DNA from: an uncultured delta proteobacterium
GTDB lineage: Bacteria; Desulfobacterota; Binatia; UBA9968
DNA length: 64,000 bases
NCBI GenBank assembly: GCA_963745035.1
Contig: CAVUVW010000026.1
Span: 1 to 64,000 of the forward strand
Direction of reading: 5' to 3'
Position numbers and translations under genes: made by a program. The notes under the pieces were generated by a model, which saw only the letters and a program-made list of their open reading frames with translations, was not told the DNA's origin and did not search any database. Of this stretch, positions 50,147-60,183 are shown one piece after another; position 1 is the first letter of the stretch, and every line of letters begins with the position of its first letter.

Positions 50147-50419
50147 ATGAAGTGGTTATCCCCAGGCACGATCGCTGAGCTTTACGACATGTCGCCGAAG
50201 TCCGTGCACAGGATGATCGACCGTGGTGAGCTTCCGGCAGTGGTGTTTCCGAACGGAAAAAAGCGGGTGTCTGAGGAAGCGCTGGACAAACTGCTTCGAC
50301 GCGGTGCGCGCAAACAGAGACGCCCGCGCACCCTCGCCGACGAAGGGACCGAGAGCGGCGATTCCGTCGAGCACTCATCGGCCCTTCGGGCGAGTGAGCA
50401 CAAGCCGAAGTTCGCGTGA
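50147..50419 (+). CDS. Excisionase/AlpA-like HTH_17 DNA-binding protein
   Basis: WLSP..IAELYDMSPKSVHRMIDRGELPAV......RVS. Confidence 0.8.
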   Translation: MKWLSPGTIAELYDMSPKSVHRMIDRGELPAVVFPNGKKRVSEEALDKLLRRGARKQRRPRTLADEGTESGDSVEHSSALRASEHKPKFA

Positions 50420-50425
50420 GAGCAG

Positions 50426-50936
50426 ATGAAAACTGAGACTGAGAATTTTGGGGAGCAGTCCGGGAGCAAAAACGCAACGCGCATGAGCGCCGCAGCAACG
50501 AAGCAAAAGCACCGGCGAGAGTATCGAAAGCACGGTGATGTTGCCCGGCAGAAGAAAGTTCGGAAGCACGGCTTCAACGCGATAGACGCACGAACGCGAC
50601 CGGGCAAGGCGGCAAGCGATTGGCGGCGGTATGCGTTCGAGCGGAAAGGCGGGCGAAGGCAATGTCCCGTTCACTTGAGAGAAAAAATCGAAAGCGCCGC
50701 GTTCTGCTTTGGCGAGCGCTGGAGCTGACGGGACTACATCATCGCGGACTGCAAAGAAGCGCGGCACTCCGCTGAATCGCAGGAGGGCGAAGCTTCCCGC
50801 GATAAACGAGCAGCACGATTCGCTGATGAGCCAGTGGCAGCGGATCAACGATGAACTCGAACTGGACAAGCGGCTTGGACCTGGCGCGGCGCTACATGGC
50901 CGAAGGGGGCAAGCGATAAGAAGTTTATCAGATTGA
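50426..50936 (+). CDS. Hypothetical basic protein, possibly small terminase-like (frameshifted)
   Basis: KHG..AIDARTR.GKAA..WR motif, helical C-terminus, first gene of the module leading to the terminase; function inferred from position. Confidence 0.35.
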
Positions 50937-50987
50937 CGTCCGGCGCGGCTACGGCGTGACAACGAGCCAAGCCAGCCGCGCCAGAGC

Positions 50988-51203
50988 GTGAGCACTTACG
51001 AAATGCACGGCAAGCCGCAGGACCGAGCAGCCGTCATGGCGGAGAGCGTTAACGTCACGGAGATCGTGACGTTGCGAATCGGCGGGCGCTCTCTGCGCTA
51101 CAAGTACGAGCGATGGGGCAACGGGGGCGGGGCGCTCACCAGTGCAGCGGCAAAAGAACCAGTATTGACGATCAATACTGGTTTAGACGGGAGCACTGAA
51201 TGA
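50988..51203 (+). CDS. Hypothetical protein
   Basis: 71-aa ORF co-oriented within the module. Confidence 0.35.
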   Translation: MSTYEMHGKPQDRAAVMAESVNVTEIVTLRIGGRSLRYKYERWGNGGGALTSAAAKEPVLTINTGLDGSTE

Positions 51204-51210
51204 CTTGCAG

Positions 51211-51242
51211 ATTTCAAGTTCAAATCGATTTGAAGTTGAAAT
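51211..51242. repeat. 32-bp AT-rich near-perfect palindrome
   Basis: ATTTCAAgTTCAAATCGATTTGAAgTTGAAAT with a single mismatched pair. Confidence 0.8.
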
Positions 51243-51303
51243 TCGCCGCTGCCGTAACGTAACGCCGTAACGCGACCGTGACACTACCGGCGGGAGTTGA
51301 GCG

Positions 51304-51465
51304 ATGAGATGCGCGAGGTCATGCGGCAGGAAGGCGCGGCACGGCTCCCGGATTTGCGAGACCTGCGCGGAGCGGCAAGTCGCGCGCGACGAAGAGAGAA
51401 ACCGCAGCGGCAAGCAGCGTAGTGAGAGCTGGAAGCGTTACGACCGCAGGCGAGGCCAAAGGTGA
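51304..51465 (+). CDS. Small Cys4 zinc-finger-like protein (53 aa)
   Basis: GGGAG RBS; MRCARSCGRKARHGSRICETCAERQ...; below the ORF track cut-off. Confidence 0.5.
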   Translation: MRCARSCGRKARHGSRICETCAERQVARDEERNRSGKQRSESWKRYDRRRGQR

Positions 51466-51563
51466 GCCACAAGCGCACCGGGATTGATTTAAACGGGATT
51501 AGCGGAACGGTGAAGGGTCCAGGTCCAACTGAGCCGCAGCGTTCGTTTTAGCCGTGTTGCAAC

Positions 51564-51806
51564 ATGGAAGAAGGGCATTCTCAACAGTGCGCGTCCCCGG
51601 TTTGCTCTGTCAGCTTCGAGCCGAGCGGGCCGAAGGTGAGGCCGAAGCAGTTCTGCTGTCAGCGGTGCGCGATTGAAGCGTCAATCATTCGCAGAGCGGC
51701 AAGACTGCTGGCGAAGCTGCCGGACGATGAAGCACTGAAAGCCTTACGAGAACGAGATGGAAAATGCCGTAACGAAATTCAATGTCCCGGAGTCGGAATT
51801 CGATGA
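51564..51806 (+). CDS. Small zinc-finger-like protein
   Basis: CASPVC...F.P......KQFCCQRC. Confidence 0.55.
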   Translation: MEEGHSQQCASPVCSVSFEPSGPKVRPKQFCCQRCAIEASIIRRAARLLAKLPDDEALKALRERDGKCRNEIQCPGVGIR

Positions 51807-52254
51807 ACGAAAACTGTCCCAGCGCTGCCCTTCAGATAGACGGCTCCGCAAGATTTGCACAGCATGGCTGTCGCTTTTTGAAGAACGATGTCAGTCCGTA
51901 CTTTGCTTGGAAGCTGCGCATATTCGAGATAATCCAGCGATCTTTGCGCTGCAACTCTGCATTTTGACGGGCAGTCACTTTCCATCTGTCGGGCTCCTGA
52001 TGGGATGAAGCAATGCTGAGGTGCCAAAAAGCAAAGGACGTTCCACCAAAGTGGGCCTTGAGCTTTTGAGAGGGCGCGATGAAACGTGAAGCCGTGACGG
52101 AAGCCGAGCGCGTTTATGTGCTCGCGTCGGCGCTGCTGGCCGAGAGTCCGGAGCATCGGCGCGGAGAAGGCCGTGAGGCTGGCGGTGCTGTTCATTCGGC
52201 TGTTCGAGGAGGTCGAGTTGTTCCGCTATCACCTGGAACTCTTGAAGGAGCACC

Positions 52255-53765
52255 ATGAGCGTCATTCAGTTCGCCGATGAGAACATGCCGTCGAACGAGC
52301 GCGGCAAGCCGTGGAACGTTGAGCCAGCATCAGCGCACGGTGCTTGCCCGCATGTACGCGCGGCACTACTCCATCCGGCTTGGAGCGAAACAAAAAGTCG
52401 GGAAAGACTTTTCTCGCCGCTGTCATTGCGATCTGGGAGGCGGTCACGAATCCGGACAGCGAGGTAGTGTGCTGCGCCAACGATGAAGAGCAGGCGGTGA
52501 GCCGGGTTTTCGCAACCGTCTGCGCGCTCATAAGGCACAACCCCGAGCTCGCGGCGTCGGCAACGGTGCTGGCAACGCAAATCAAGTTCACGAACGGCTC
52601 TGTGATTAAAGCTGTGAGCAGCGATTACAAGGGCCAAGCGGGAGGCCGGCAGCGGCTCACGATTTTTGACGAACTTTGGGCTTACGATTCGGAGCGTGCA
52701 ACGCGGCTCTTCGAGGAAATGACACCGCCTCCAACGGAAGAAGGCGCTTACATGCTGATTGTCTCCTATGCCGGATTCACTGGCGAAGGTGAATTGCTGG
52801 AAAATCTTTACAAGCGCGGACTCAAGGGCAGACGCGTTCACAAGTCGCTCGAGTGCTACCGGGCGCAAGGCCTGTTCATATTCTGGAGCCACAAGCCCCG
52901 CATGCCGTGGCAACTCGGAGCCGAGGGGCGCGCTACTACGAAGAGCAGAAGAAAATTCTCCGCCCCGGAACGTATCTCCGCCTGCATGAAAATCGTTGGG
53001 TGAGCAGCGAGGATAGATTCATCACCGATGAAGCATGGAGCGCTTGCGTTGACCCCGACCGAACGCCTGTTCTCTGCCGACAAGCGCCTTGATGTTTTTG
53101 TCGGCCTGGATCTTGGCATCAAGCACGATAGCACCGGGCGGGTTTGCGTCGCTTACGACCGGGCGGCGAACAAAGTTGTCATCGTCTCTCATCGGCTCTG
53201 GAGGCCGGGAAGGGGCCACAGCGTTTCTCTTGCCGATGTAGAGGCGGACTTGCTGGAGTTGAGAGAGAAGTTTCGCGTGAGGAAAATTCTCTGCGACCCG
53301 TGGCAGGCACTCGGCTTGATTGAGCGGCTCAAGCACGTCTTCGGCGATGCTATCGGGGAGTTCCCGCAGAGTGTCGGGAATTTGACCGCGTGCGGCGAGA
53401 CGCTCTACGACCTCATCCGCTCGCGCAACTTGGTCGAGCTATCCGGACCCGGACTTGAGAAGCCACGTGACGGCAGCGGTAGGCGTCGAGAGCGCGAGAG
53501 GCTTTCGGCTGTCGAAGGAAACGGCGAGCCGGAAAATTGACTTGTGCGTTGCTCTCTCAATGGCCTGCGTCGGCGCTTTGCAGAATTCCAAGCCGGTAGC
53601 AAACCCGAACGCGCAACCGATCGGCGTCGGTCGCGGCATTGGTCACGACTATACGCCGGGCGTTCGGCTCAACGTTGACGCAACCGTTCCCGGAGGCTCC
53701 ACTTCGGTCCCGCTCCGGACGAAGAGCGACCCGGCAAAGGAGGGGCTTGGCTGTACGGATTTAAT
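52255..53765 (+). CDS. terL: Phage terminase large subunit (several frameshifts; 3' end approximate)
   Basis: KKSGKT Walker A, ANDEEQA, TIFDELW Walker B, RLHENRW, VGLDLGIKHDSTG nuclease motif, DPWQ, KIDLCVALSMA. Confidence 0.88.
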
Positions 53766-53857
53766 TTTTACACCGAGAAAGAGTGAGGAGGCGATGAACG
53801 ATTTTACAATCACCATGATAGTCGAGTACGACAAAAATCATAGGAGGTATAAGGAGG

Positions 53858-54340
53858 ATGATGAAAAAAAACAAACCGAAGGCGCAACCAGTCGAAGCCG
53901 ACCCGCTCGCGAGAGCCGAGGCGTTGCTCAAGGAGTTCAAAGCCCAAGCTGACACCGCCATTCTGTCGGTCAATAGTGCTGTCGGCCGTGAGGCCCACAA
54001 TGCCGCAGTTGAGGAAGCCATACCTGTATGCCGTAGGTCCTACGCGTTTGGGTACGCGCTGTCACAAATAACAAGGAACACTCTTTACCGAGTCTCAGAC
54101 AAGCCATTAAGAGAACTGAAAATCCAATCCCGCTCGATAATGCTCCCACCAGCCGCATTGCCGGATGAGGCCCTCGAAGTTCTGGAAGCGCTCAAGACCA
54201 CAATGCCGCCGCCAAAAGTATTCGAGGGCGAGGCGGAATATCAGCAATGGCTCAAAGACAACGGAATGCACGAGGTTATCGAAGAGGACGAATACCGATC
54301 GCAAACTGCGCAGCGGAGCAAATTTCCGAGCACGGACTAA
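53858..54340 (+). CDS. Hypothetical protein
   Basis: AAGGAGG RBS, 160-aa ORF downstream of terL. Confidence 0.6.
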   Translation: MMKKNKPKAQPVEADPLARAEALLKEFKAQADTAILSVNSAVGREAHNAAVEEAIPVCRRSYAFGYALSQITRNTLYRVSDKPLRELKIQSRSIMLPPAALPDEALEVLEALKTTMPPPKVFEGEAEYQQWLKDNGMHEVIEEDEYRSQTAQRSKFPSTD

Positions 54341-54359
54341 ACTAGATGGGAGGTATTAT

Positions 54360-54584
54360 ATGAAAGCCCTCGATAGATTTGCCGAAGAGACTCGTAAGCG
54401 TGTTATTGCAGCGATAAACTGCAGAACAGAAGAGATCGCCCGCCGTGACAATCTCGATCTTAAACAGCCCAGCCGATCTTGTGAAGTGCATACTCAAGAG
54501 TTCTGCACTGAGGATCGGGGTTTGTATAATCTCTATCGGCGCGTGTTCAGCGTGCCTGTTCGGGAGGTTTCGTTGATTGAGTGA
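54360..54584 (+). CDS. Hypothetical protein
   Basis: GGAGG RBS; MKALDRFAEETRKRVIAAIN... Confidence 0.55.
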   Translation: MKALDRFAEETRKRVIAAINCRTEEIARRDNLDLKQPSRSCEVHTQEFCTEDRGLYNLYRRVFSVPVREVSLIE

Positions 54585-54980
54585 AACGGCTTCTCCCTAG
54601 AGGTGCTAGTCTTGCCTGCTGTTCGACGTATCGTTGAACTGACGCGTCGTTCAGTTCAAAGCAATGAAACAAATTTATTGCGAGTGCACGCGCAATGTCA
54701 GTGCTAGTGGGCAACTTGATTCGGAATCAAGTACATTCCGATGCGTCGGGAATCAAGCCAACGCCTACGCCGGAGCTTCCGCTTGAGCGCCAGCCAATGC
54801 GATCTCTTCTCGACAGACCATAACCACGTCTTGCGGGTTTATTTCGTCATTCCTGCAAAGAACCCGACACAGGTCAGCGGGTGGTGCCCAGCGTGCGATG
54901 TTGTTCTGGAGAAAAATCGCTTGTGTACGTCGCGACTCCCGCCAAAAGATTCTGTCTAGGCCGCGTTATTTAGCCGCCTG

Positions 54981-56471
54981 CTAAAGCGGAGGCTGCTTTG
55001 GCGTCACCGTATCGGTCAGCGTCTTTAAGTATGACACGAGCGCTGCCTCTTCGTTTGCAGTGAGCCCAAGGTTTCCCAGCAGGCCGAAATTCCCAGCTTG
55101 ATTAGGGGTATCAAACTCTGGAGCCGGCCAGCAGTTTCGCGACATTGCCTGGGCTGCCGACGTACCCGCTGGGCAAGCCAAGGGATCCCGTAACAACGTT
55201 GCCGTATTGTAGAAATGCACGACTTGCTCCAGTGACTTGAAGTAGCCGTTGTGCATATAGGACTTCGGAAACACGTTGCCGCGGCGCTTGTCTACATTGC
55301 GCAGCGTCGGAGTTTTGACATGCCCAGCAAATGGGGTCGCGTTAGGGTTAGCAGAATTGAATACAGCATCAGGATCCGTATGGCCGAGCAATCCGGTGTC
55401 CGGATCGTTCCGATCGAAGTTTTCTATTTCGAAATTGGCCGGCAACCCGATGTGGTGATACGCAAAATCGGAATAAATCTGATTTAGTTCATTACCAACG
55501 GAAGCGGCGCCATGGCTGTTGTGGCAGGCGGCGCAGCCTGCATTCTTTGGGACGAGGGCACCCTGACCATTGTCGACAAGTCTGTTCAGCTTTGAATCAT
55601 TCTTGCCGTGAAATAGGTCACGTCCTAGATTCTCCAGGTTGGTTAAGTTGGGGAGAGGGAAAACTCCGCCTTTCCTGATTCCCTGATCGCGTTTGGAGCT
55701 GAACGAGTTGACTTCATCGGAATGCTGCCAGGCTGCAATCGCCAGAGCGATGCGCTTAAAGCTGATGGCCACATTGGCTGCGCCACAGTCGATCGCCTCG
55801 CCCCAAGCTTTTGTAAAAAGCTCGGCGTACTTCGCCGACTGGACATGCCGACAGACAGCTCCGGCCCCGGGCAGTCCACCATCGTTTCCGTCAGGAACAT
55901 TCTGCTCGACATCGTTAGGAAACGGCCCTAGCGCTTGGTCCGCGACCGGCCCGATGAAACCACCGTAGGCCGACTTTTGTGCCTCGGTATCGAAGATGTC
56001 AACACCGACATGCGCCGTTGCTCCTGTTCCCGTGACGTTCGGGAGAGCAATCAAGGCAGTCGCGTTGCCTTCGGCGCGACCGTCCCAAAAAACGCCGCCA
56101 AAACACGCAAATCCTAAACCTTGCCTACAAGAGTCGACGGGGTCGGGGACATTCGGGTTGGTCGCAGGCCGGGTGCCAAACGGCGGACTGAAGCTTGCGT
56201 ACGCATTGCTGGGCGGCTTACGTCCGCCGACGGTGTGAGGGTTGGCGCCCGGTATGGCCACACCTTTCTTGTTGATGGCGGCGACTCCGCCAGTCCAGCC
56301 ATTGTCCGGTACGTGACAGGTTGAACACGACTGGCGCGGCGGATTAGAAATATTGTCGAAGAAAACACGCTTGCCTAAATCTTGTAGGGCCGGGATGTCC
56401 TGCGCCATGGCAGACCCATTCAACAGCAGTAACAACACACCAGCAGATACGCCGAGTCTCGCGCTGTTCAT
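54981..56471 (-). CDS. Di-haem cytochrome c peroxidase / MauG superfamily protein
   Basis: Signal peptide; CSTCH and CAACH haem motifs; FWDGRA, KTPTLRNV, YMHNG. Confidence 0.92.
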   Translation of the reverse strand: MNSARLGVSAGVLLLLLNGSAMAQDIPALQDLGKRVFFDNISNPPRQSCSTCHVPDNGWTGGVAAINKKGVAIPGANPHTVGGRKPPSNAYASFSPPFGTRPATNPNVPDPVDSCRQGLGFACFGGVFWDGRAEGNATALIALPNVTGTGATAHVGVDIFDTEAQKSAYGGFIGPVADQALGPFPNDVEQNVPDGNDGGLPGAGAVCRHVQSAKYAELFTKAWGEAIDCGAANVAISFKRIALAIAAWQHSDEVNSFSSKRDQGIRKGGVFPLPNLTNLENLGRDLFHGKNDSKLNRLVDNGQGALVPKNAGCAACHNSHGAASVGNELNQIYSDFAYHHIGLPANFEIENFDRNDPDTGLLGHTDPDAVFNSANPNATPFAGHVKTPTLRNVDKRRGNVFPKSYMHNGYFKSLEQVVHFYNTATLLRDPLACPAGTSAAQAMSRNCWPAPEFDTPNQAGNFGLLGNLGLTANEEAALVSYLKTLTDTVTPKQPPL

Positions 56472-56746
56472 ATTCTCTCTCCCTTCTTTGCGACTCTAGC
56501 CTTTGATAAAGACCGAAACAAGCGCGATTCGATCTGTCAGAGATAAAATCTATTCGATTTTTAAGCGGGATTTTTGACCGACAAGTAATGGCAAAGCTAA
56601 ATGGTCTTCACGCCTGAAATGAACTCAGAACACCTGGGGTGACGCCTTGTCTCAGGAGCATGGCTCAGCATCGGTCCGTTGCCATTGTTTTGAAGACTCA
56701 CGCACAACCCAGGGCTATCGTTCGAGGCCGGAGAGTGGATCGCGGG

Positions 56747-57022
56747 TTAAATGTCCAGATTACCTAGTTCATGCAGGGTCATCTTCGGTTTTTGTTCGAT
56801 CATCCGTATTGCTTGATCTAAAAGGTGCGGACCGATGTCCAGCAAGGAACGACACTCCGACCCACCGGTCTTCTTCAGGGTAATTACGATGCACTCTATG
56901 GCGCCGTGCTCTCGTTTGGCGCTGATAACGATGTCGCTTAACCCCGGCTGTACGTCACTGTCGCGGGCTGAGCTTGGGACCGCGTATGGCGGCCAAAATC
57001 CTACTCGGTGCTTTAGCTTCAC
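56747..57022 (-). CDS. Hypothetical protein (MKL..WPP...E.G.LD family)
   Basis: MKLKHRVGFWPP ... TLHELGNLDI; resembles its neighbour 57133-57453. Confidence 0.55.
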   Translation of the reverse strand: MKLKHRVGFWPPYAVPSSARDSDVQPGLSDIVISAKREHGAIECIVITLKKTGGSECRSLLDIGPHLLDQAIRMIEQKPKMTLHELGNLDI

Positions 57023-57132
57023 AGATGTGGCCGCTAAACGCGGATTTCAAATAAATGGCCCTTGAAAGCTCGCAACTCTCAGAGACTGAAAATCCAAAAC
57101 GTCTACCATGTTCCATCGGAAAGCCCACGTTC

Positions 57133-57453
57133 TCATGCTATCAGCGTATTGCTAATGCTAGGGTCATCAGGCAAGTCAAGCTCGCCGATCTCACCTATAG
57201 GCTTACCAATGTTCTTTTGAAGCACGGCATAAATTGTCCGGCAAACATTGGGATTTTTGCACAACAGGGTGCCCATGTAGGTTTCATCACCGATTTGAAC
57301 CATAAGATAACAAATCATGATTGGATTAAGCCGAGAGAGCTCGATTTCTATCAGCGTGGCAGAATCTGGGAGTGCTTTTTTCTCATGTGATCCCGACATT
57401 GAGAGCCAGATAGGCGGCCACGCGCGTAGTCCAGGGTGTTTTCGTAGTTTCAT
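57133..57453 (-). CDS. Hypothetical protein (MKL..WPP...E.G.LD family)
   Basis: MKLRKHPGLRAWPPIW ... PIGEIGELDL. Confidence 0.65.
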   Translation of the reverse strand: MKLRKHPGLRAWPPIWLSMSGSHEKKALPDSATLIEIELSRLNPIMICYLMVQIGDETYMGTLLCKNPNVCRTIYAVLQKNIGKPIGEIGELDLPDDPSISNTLIA

Positions 57454-57961
57454 TACGCGCCGATTAGCAAAAATCACGCGCGGGTGTCAAGAGATGCGGA
57501 AATTATCACAAACCCGACAATAGGTAGCTAAAGAATTTGGCGGGGAACCAGAGAATTGTTGAAAGACTATCGCGAAATTGTCGCGAACATAATGTTTTCG
57601 TAAAGAGTCAAACCTGACATCGCGTATAGCAGCGCCGCTTCTAGTTTATATCGACAACGACAACAGGAGGGCGCGCGTCATGGAAACCTTTTGCAAAGCC
57701 GTCCTAGCCACCCTTACATTCCTGCATTCAATGGCTACGATGTACGGCGGCGTTAGCTGGTGGGCGGAGCGGGGAGCTACGATCGGCCGGCGAACCTACG
57801 AGACGGAGCTAAAATCCAAGCCGTGCTCACTGACTTCGTCAGTCGGACATTTGTCAAATTCAGACGGGCCGCACACCGTCAACAGTTGATCATTTAGGCT
57901 TTGGCCAGGTGCCATGAAAATCATGTCGGCGAGTTGATATTCAATCTCTCTTGCCTCATCG

Positions 57962-58693
57962 GAAGAAACGCTGATTGACGGCGAAGTCGTCGCGATCGGC
58001 GCCGACGGCAAGGTGTCGTTCAATGCGCTGCAGCACAGCCAAAGCGGAGCGCACCTGCAATTCTATGTTTTCGATCTTTTGGTTGACCGCGGTGAAAGCA
58101 CTCTACGGCTGCCGCTGGAGAAACGCCGGGAACGGCTAGAGGCCGCGCTCGCCAAGGTCGAATACCCTGTGATCCAGTCGAGTCCGTTCGACGCCAAGCC
58201 CGCCGATCTCATCCGCGCGGCGCACCAGCTCGGCATGGAGGGCGTTGTCGCCAAGCGCAAAGGATCGCTCTATGAGCCGGGCCGGCGCAGCGGCGCATGG
58301 CTCAAGTACAAGATCAATAAAAGCCAGGAGTTTGTCATCGGCGGGTATACCCACGGTCATCCCTTCGACGCGCTCATCGGCGGAGTCTACGAGGGCGGCG
58401 CGCTCAAGTTCGTGGAGAAGGTACGCGCCGGCTTTGTCGGCCGCATGCGCGCCGATCTCCACGCGTTGATGAAGCCCCTCGTGATCGAGACGTGCCCCTT
58501 CGTGAACCTGCCCGAGAAGCGGCGCACAGCGTGGTCACTTACCGCTGAAGAAATGAAAAACTGTTGCTGGGTGCGCCCCGAGCTCGTCGCCCAGATCGAG
58601 TTCAACGAATGGACGCCCGACGGGCATCTCCGTCACTCAAGTTTTGTCGGTGTGCGCGAAGACAAAGACCCGCCCACCGTTGTGCGGGAATAG
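57962..58693 (+). pseudogene. ligD: 5'-truncated ATP-dependent DNA ligase (LigD ligase domain)
   Basis: IDGEVV, FDLL, EGVVAK, Y.PG.RS..WLK, QEFVIGG, LRH motifs present; catalytic KxDG motif absent; in-frame stop upstream at ~57935. Confidence 0.8.
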
Positions 58694-58806
58694 GTGTAGC
58701 TTCGTAGCCTACCCCAGTTTACGGCCGGCGAGCATTCACGATTTTTCCCGCAAGGGTGTGCCCCGCCACCCTCCCGGCAGAAGTTCTTGTTGCATAACAA
58801 CGAAAA

Positions 58807-59106
58807 ATGAAAACACGCCTCGCGGCCGCGTTTGAAGATGCCCGTCTGGAATCTCCCGAGCGCGCATTGTGGAGTGCCGTTATCGAGCAGGCGCTCATGG
58901 ATCAAAACTCCATCAACGAGAAAGTGAAGGATGCGGCGCGGCGCTGGCTCCGCTCAAATCAAACGCACCCCGGCTCTTTTGCGTGGTGCGCCGATATGCT
59001 CGGCCTGAATTGCGGCGCCGTGCGGAAGGCTCTCAGCGAAAAACATTCCAAACGCATTTATTCAATCGGTCGAGTCCACACCGGCGAGCCGAGAGCGTCG
59101 CTTTAA
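58807..59106 (+). CDS. Phage-type hypothetical protein
   Basis: ERALWSAVIEQAL.D...ARRWL....SF.WC..LGL pattern. Confidence 0.6.
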   Translation: MKTRLAAAFEDARLESPERALWSAVIEQALMDQNSINEKVKDAARRWLRSNQTHPGSFAWCADMLGLNCGAVRKALSEKHSKRIYSIGRVHTGEPRASL

Positions 59107-59216
59107 ATTGCATAAAAGACGCCAGAGCGGGCGTTCTCAACGGGGCGCTATGCCTACTTTTGCCTGCAAGCCTAAGCGCGGTTCACTTCCTTCGGCTTAA
59201 GAAAATTTCTATTACG

Positions 59217-59750
59217 TCAGTCTTTTCTACCTTTGTGTGAGTCAGACGGACATACATAGGTAGGGCCTAAGTCTTTCTGTGTTGCAGCCTCCATGTCCTT
59301 CTTGAGCTCATCCGTCATCGGGGGCAACGCGCCAAGCGGATAATAATTACCGACCATCACGCCGTCCGGCGGGTCACGATCGTTCTGATAGAATGGTTTG
59401 ATTGAAAGGCCAAACCCCGTCGAAGTGTCCAAGCCAAAAACCATGCTTCCGGTGTCAAACTTGTGCGATTTTGTTGTCCAGCCGGGAGCAAAAAATTGTT
59501 TAGACACCGTCTCCCACTGTGGCTTGGTCAGGCTGAAGACATAATCTACTTCTTTCTTGCTTATAATGTTCTCTTGGGCACGGCTCACACCTGCGGCGGC
59601 GGCAAAAAAAACACCGAAGAAAAGAACAAAAGCGATTACGTAGGCAGAAAGCGCGCCCGGCAATTGCTGTTTCGTTTCGAAAATTAGTAGGTGTCCCTCT
59701 ACCAATTTTCGGTCTACCAGCTTTCTCTGTTTGAATGGTGTCAATAGCAA
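59217..59750 (-). CDS. Hypothetical exported/membrane-anchored protein (start and end uncertain)
   Basis: Hydrophobic segment VIAFVLFFGVFFAAAAG then a soluble domain. Confidence 0.45.
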   Translation of the reverse strand: MLLTPFKQRKLVDRKLVEGHLLIFETKQQLPGALSAYVIAFVLFFGVFFAAAAGVSRAQENIISKKEVDYVFSLTKPQWETVSKQFFAPGWTTKSHKFDTGSMVFGLDTSTGFGLSIKPFYQNDRDPPDGVMVGNYYPLGALPPMTDELKKDMEAATQKDLGPTYVCPSDSHKGRKD

Positions 59751-59995
59751 ACCGCCAGGATCGCCGTCAGCGGACAGAAGAACGTCGCGCCTTTTTCCTG
59801 CCAGGTTGCCCCAGTGGCGCAGATTCCACCTTGGCCGCCGCCGTGTAGTACATCGTCGGCCTTGCCTTCGTGCCCTTGAATAAACTCGTAGGCATCCAAA
59901 CTGAAAGAGCTAGTACTGCCGCTGAACTCCACTTCGTGCCAGCCGTCGGCGAGCAACACCTGCGTCACGCGGTCAACGTCAATTGCCAGACTCAT
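59741..59995 (-). CDS. Hypothetical protein
   Basis: GGAGG RBS; MSLAIDVDRVTQVLLADGWHEV... Confidence 0.6.
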   Translation of the reverse strand: MSLAIDVDRVTQVLLADGWHEVEFSGSTSSFSLDAYEFIQGHEGKADDVLHGGGQGGICATGATWQEKGATFFCPLTAILAVCY

Positions 59996-60120
59996 GTTTT
60001 TAAGCCCTCCGGTTGTTTCGTCCTGGACATTTCCTTGGGAGCAGCTCGGGAGCAATTTTCGGTGTCCCGAATGTCCCGAGCGTCCCGCTTGTCCTATCAA
60101 ACTGTGAGCTAAAAAAGTAG

Positions 60121-60156
60121 AAAAAACGGGAGCCTCCGAAGAAACTCCCGCTTTTC
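60121..60156. terminator. Terminator-like hairpin just inside the right att
   Basis: AAAAAACGGGAG-cctccgaagaaa-CTCCCG-CTTTT. Confidence 0.55.
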
Positions 60157-60183
60157 AGTGACTTGCGGAAAAGCCGCTCAGTT

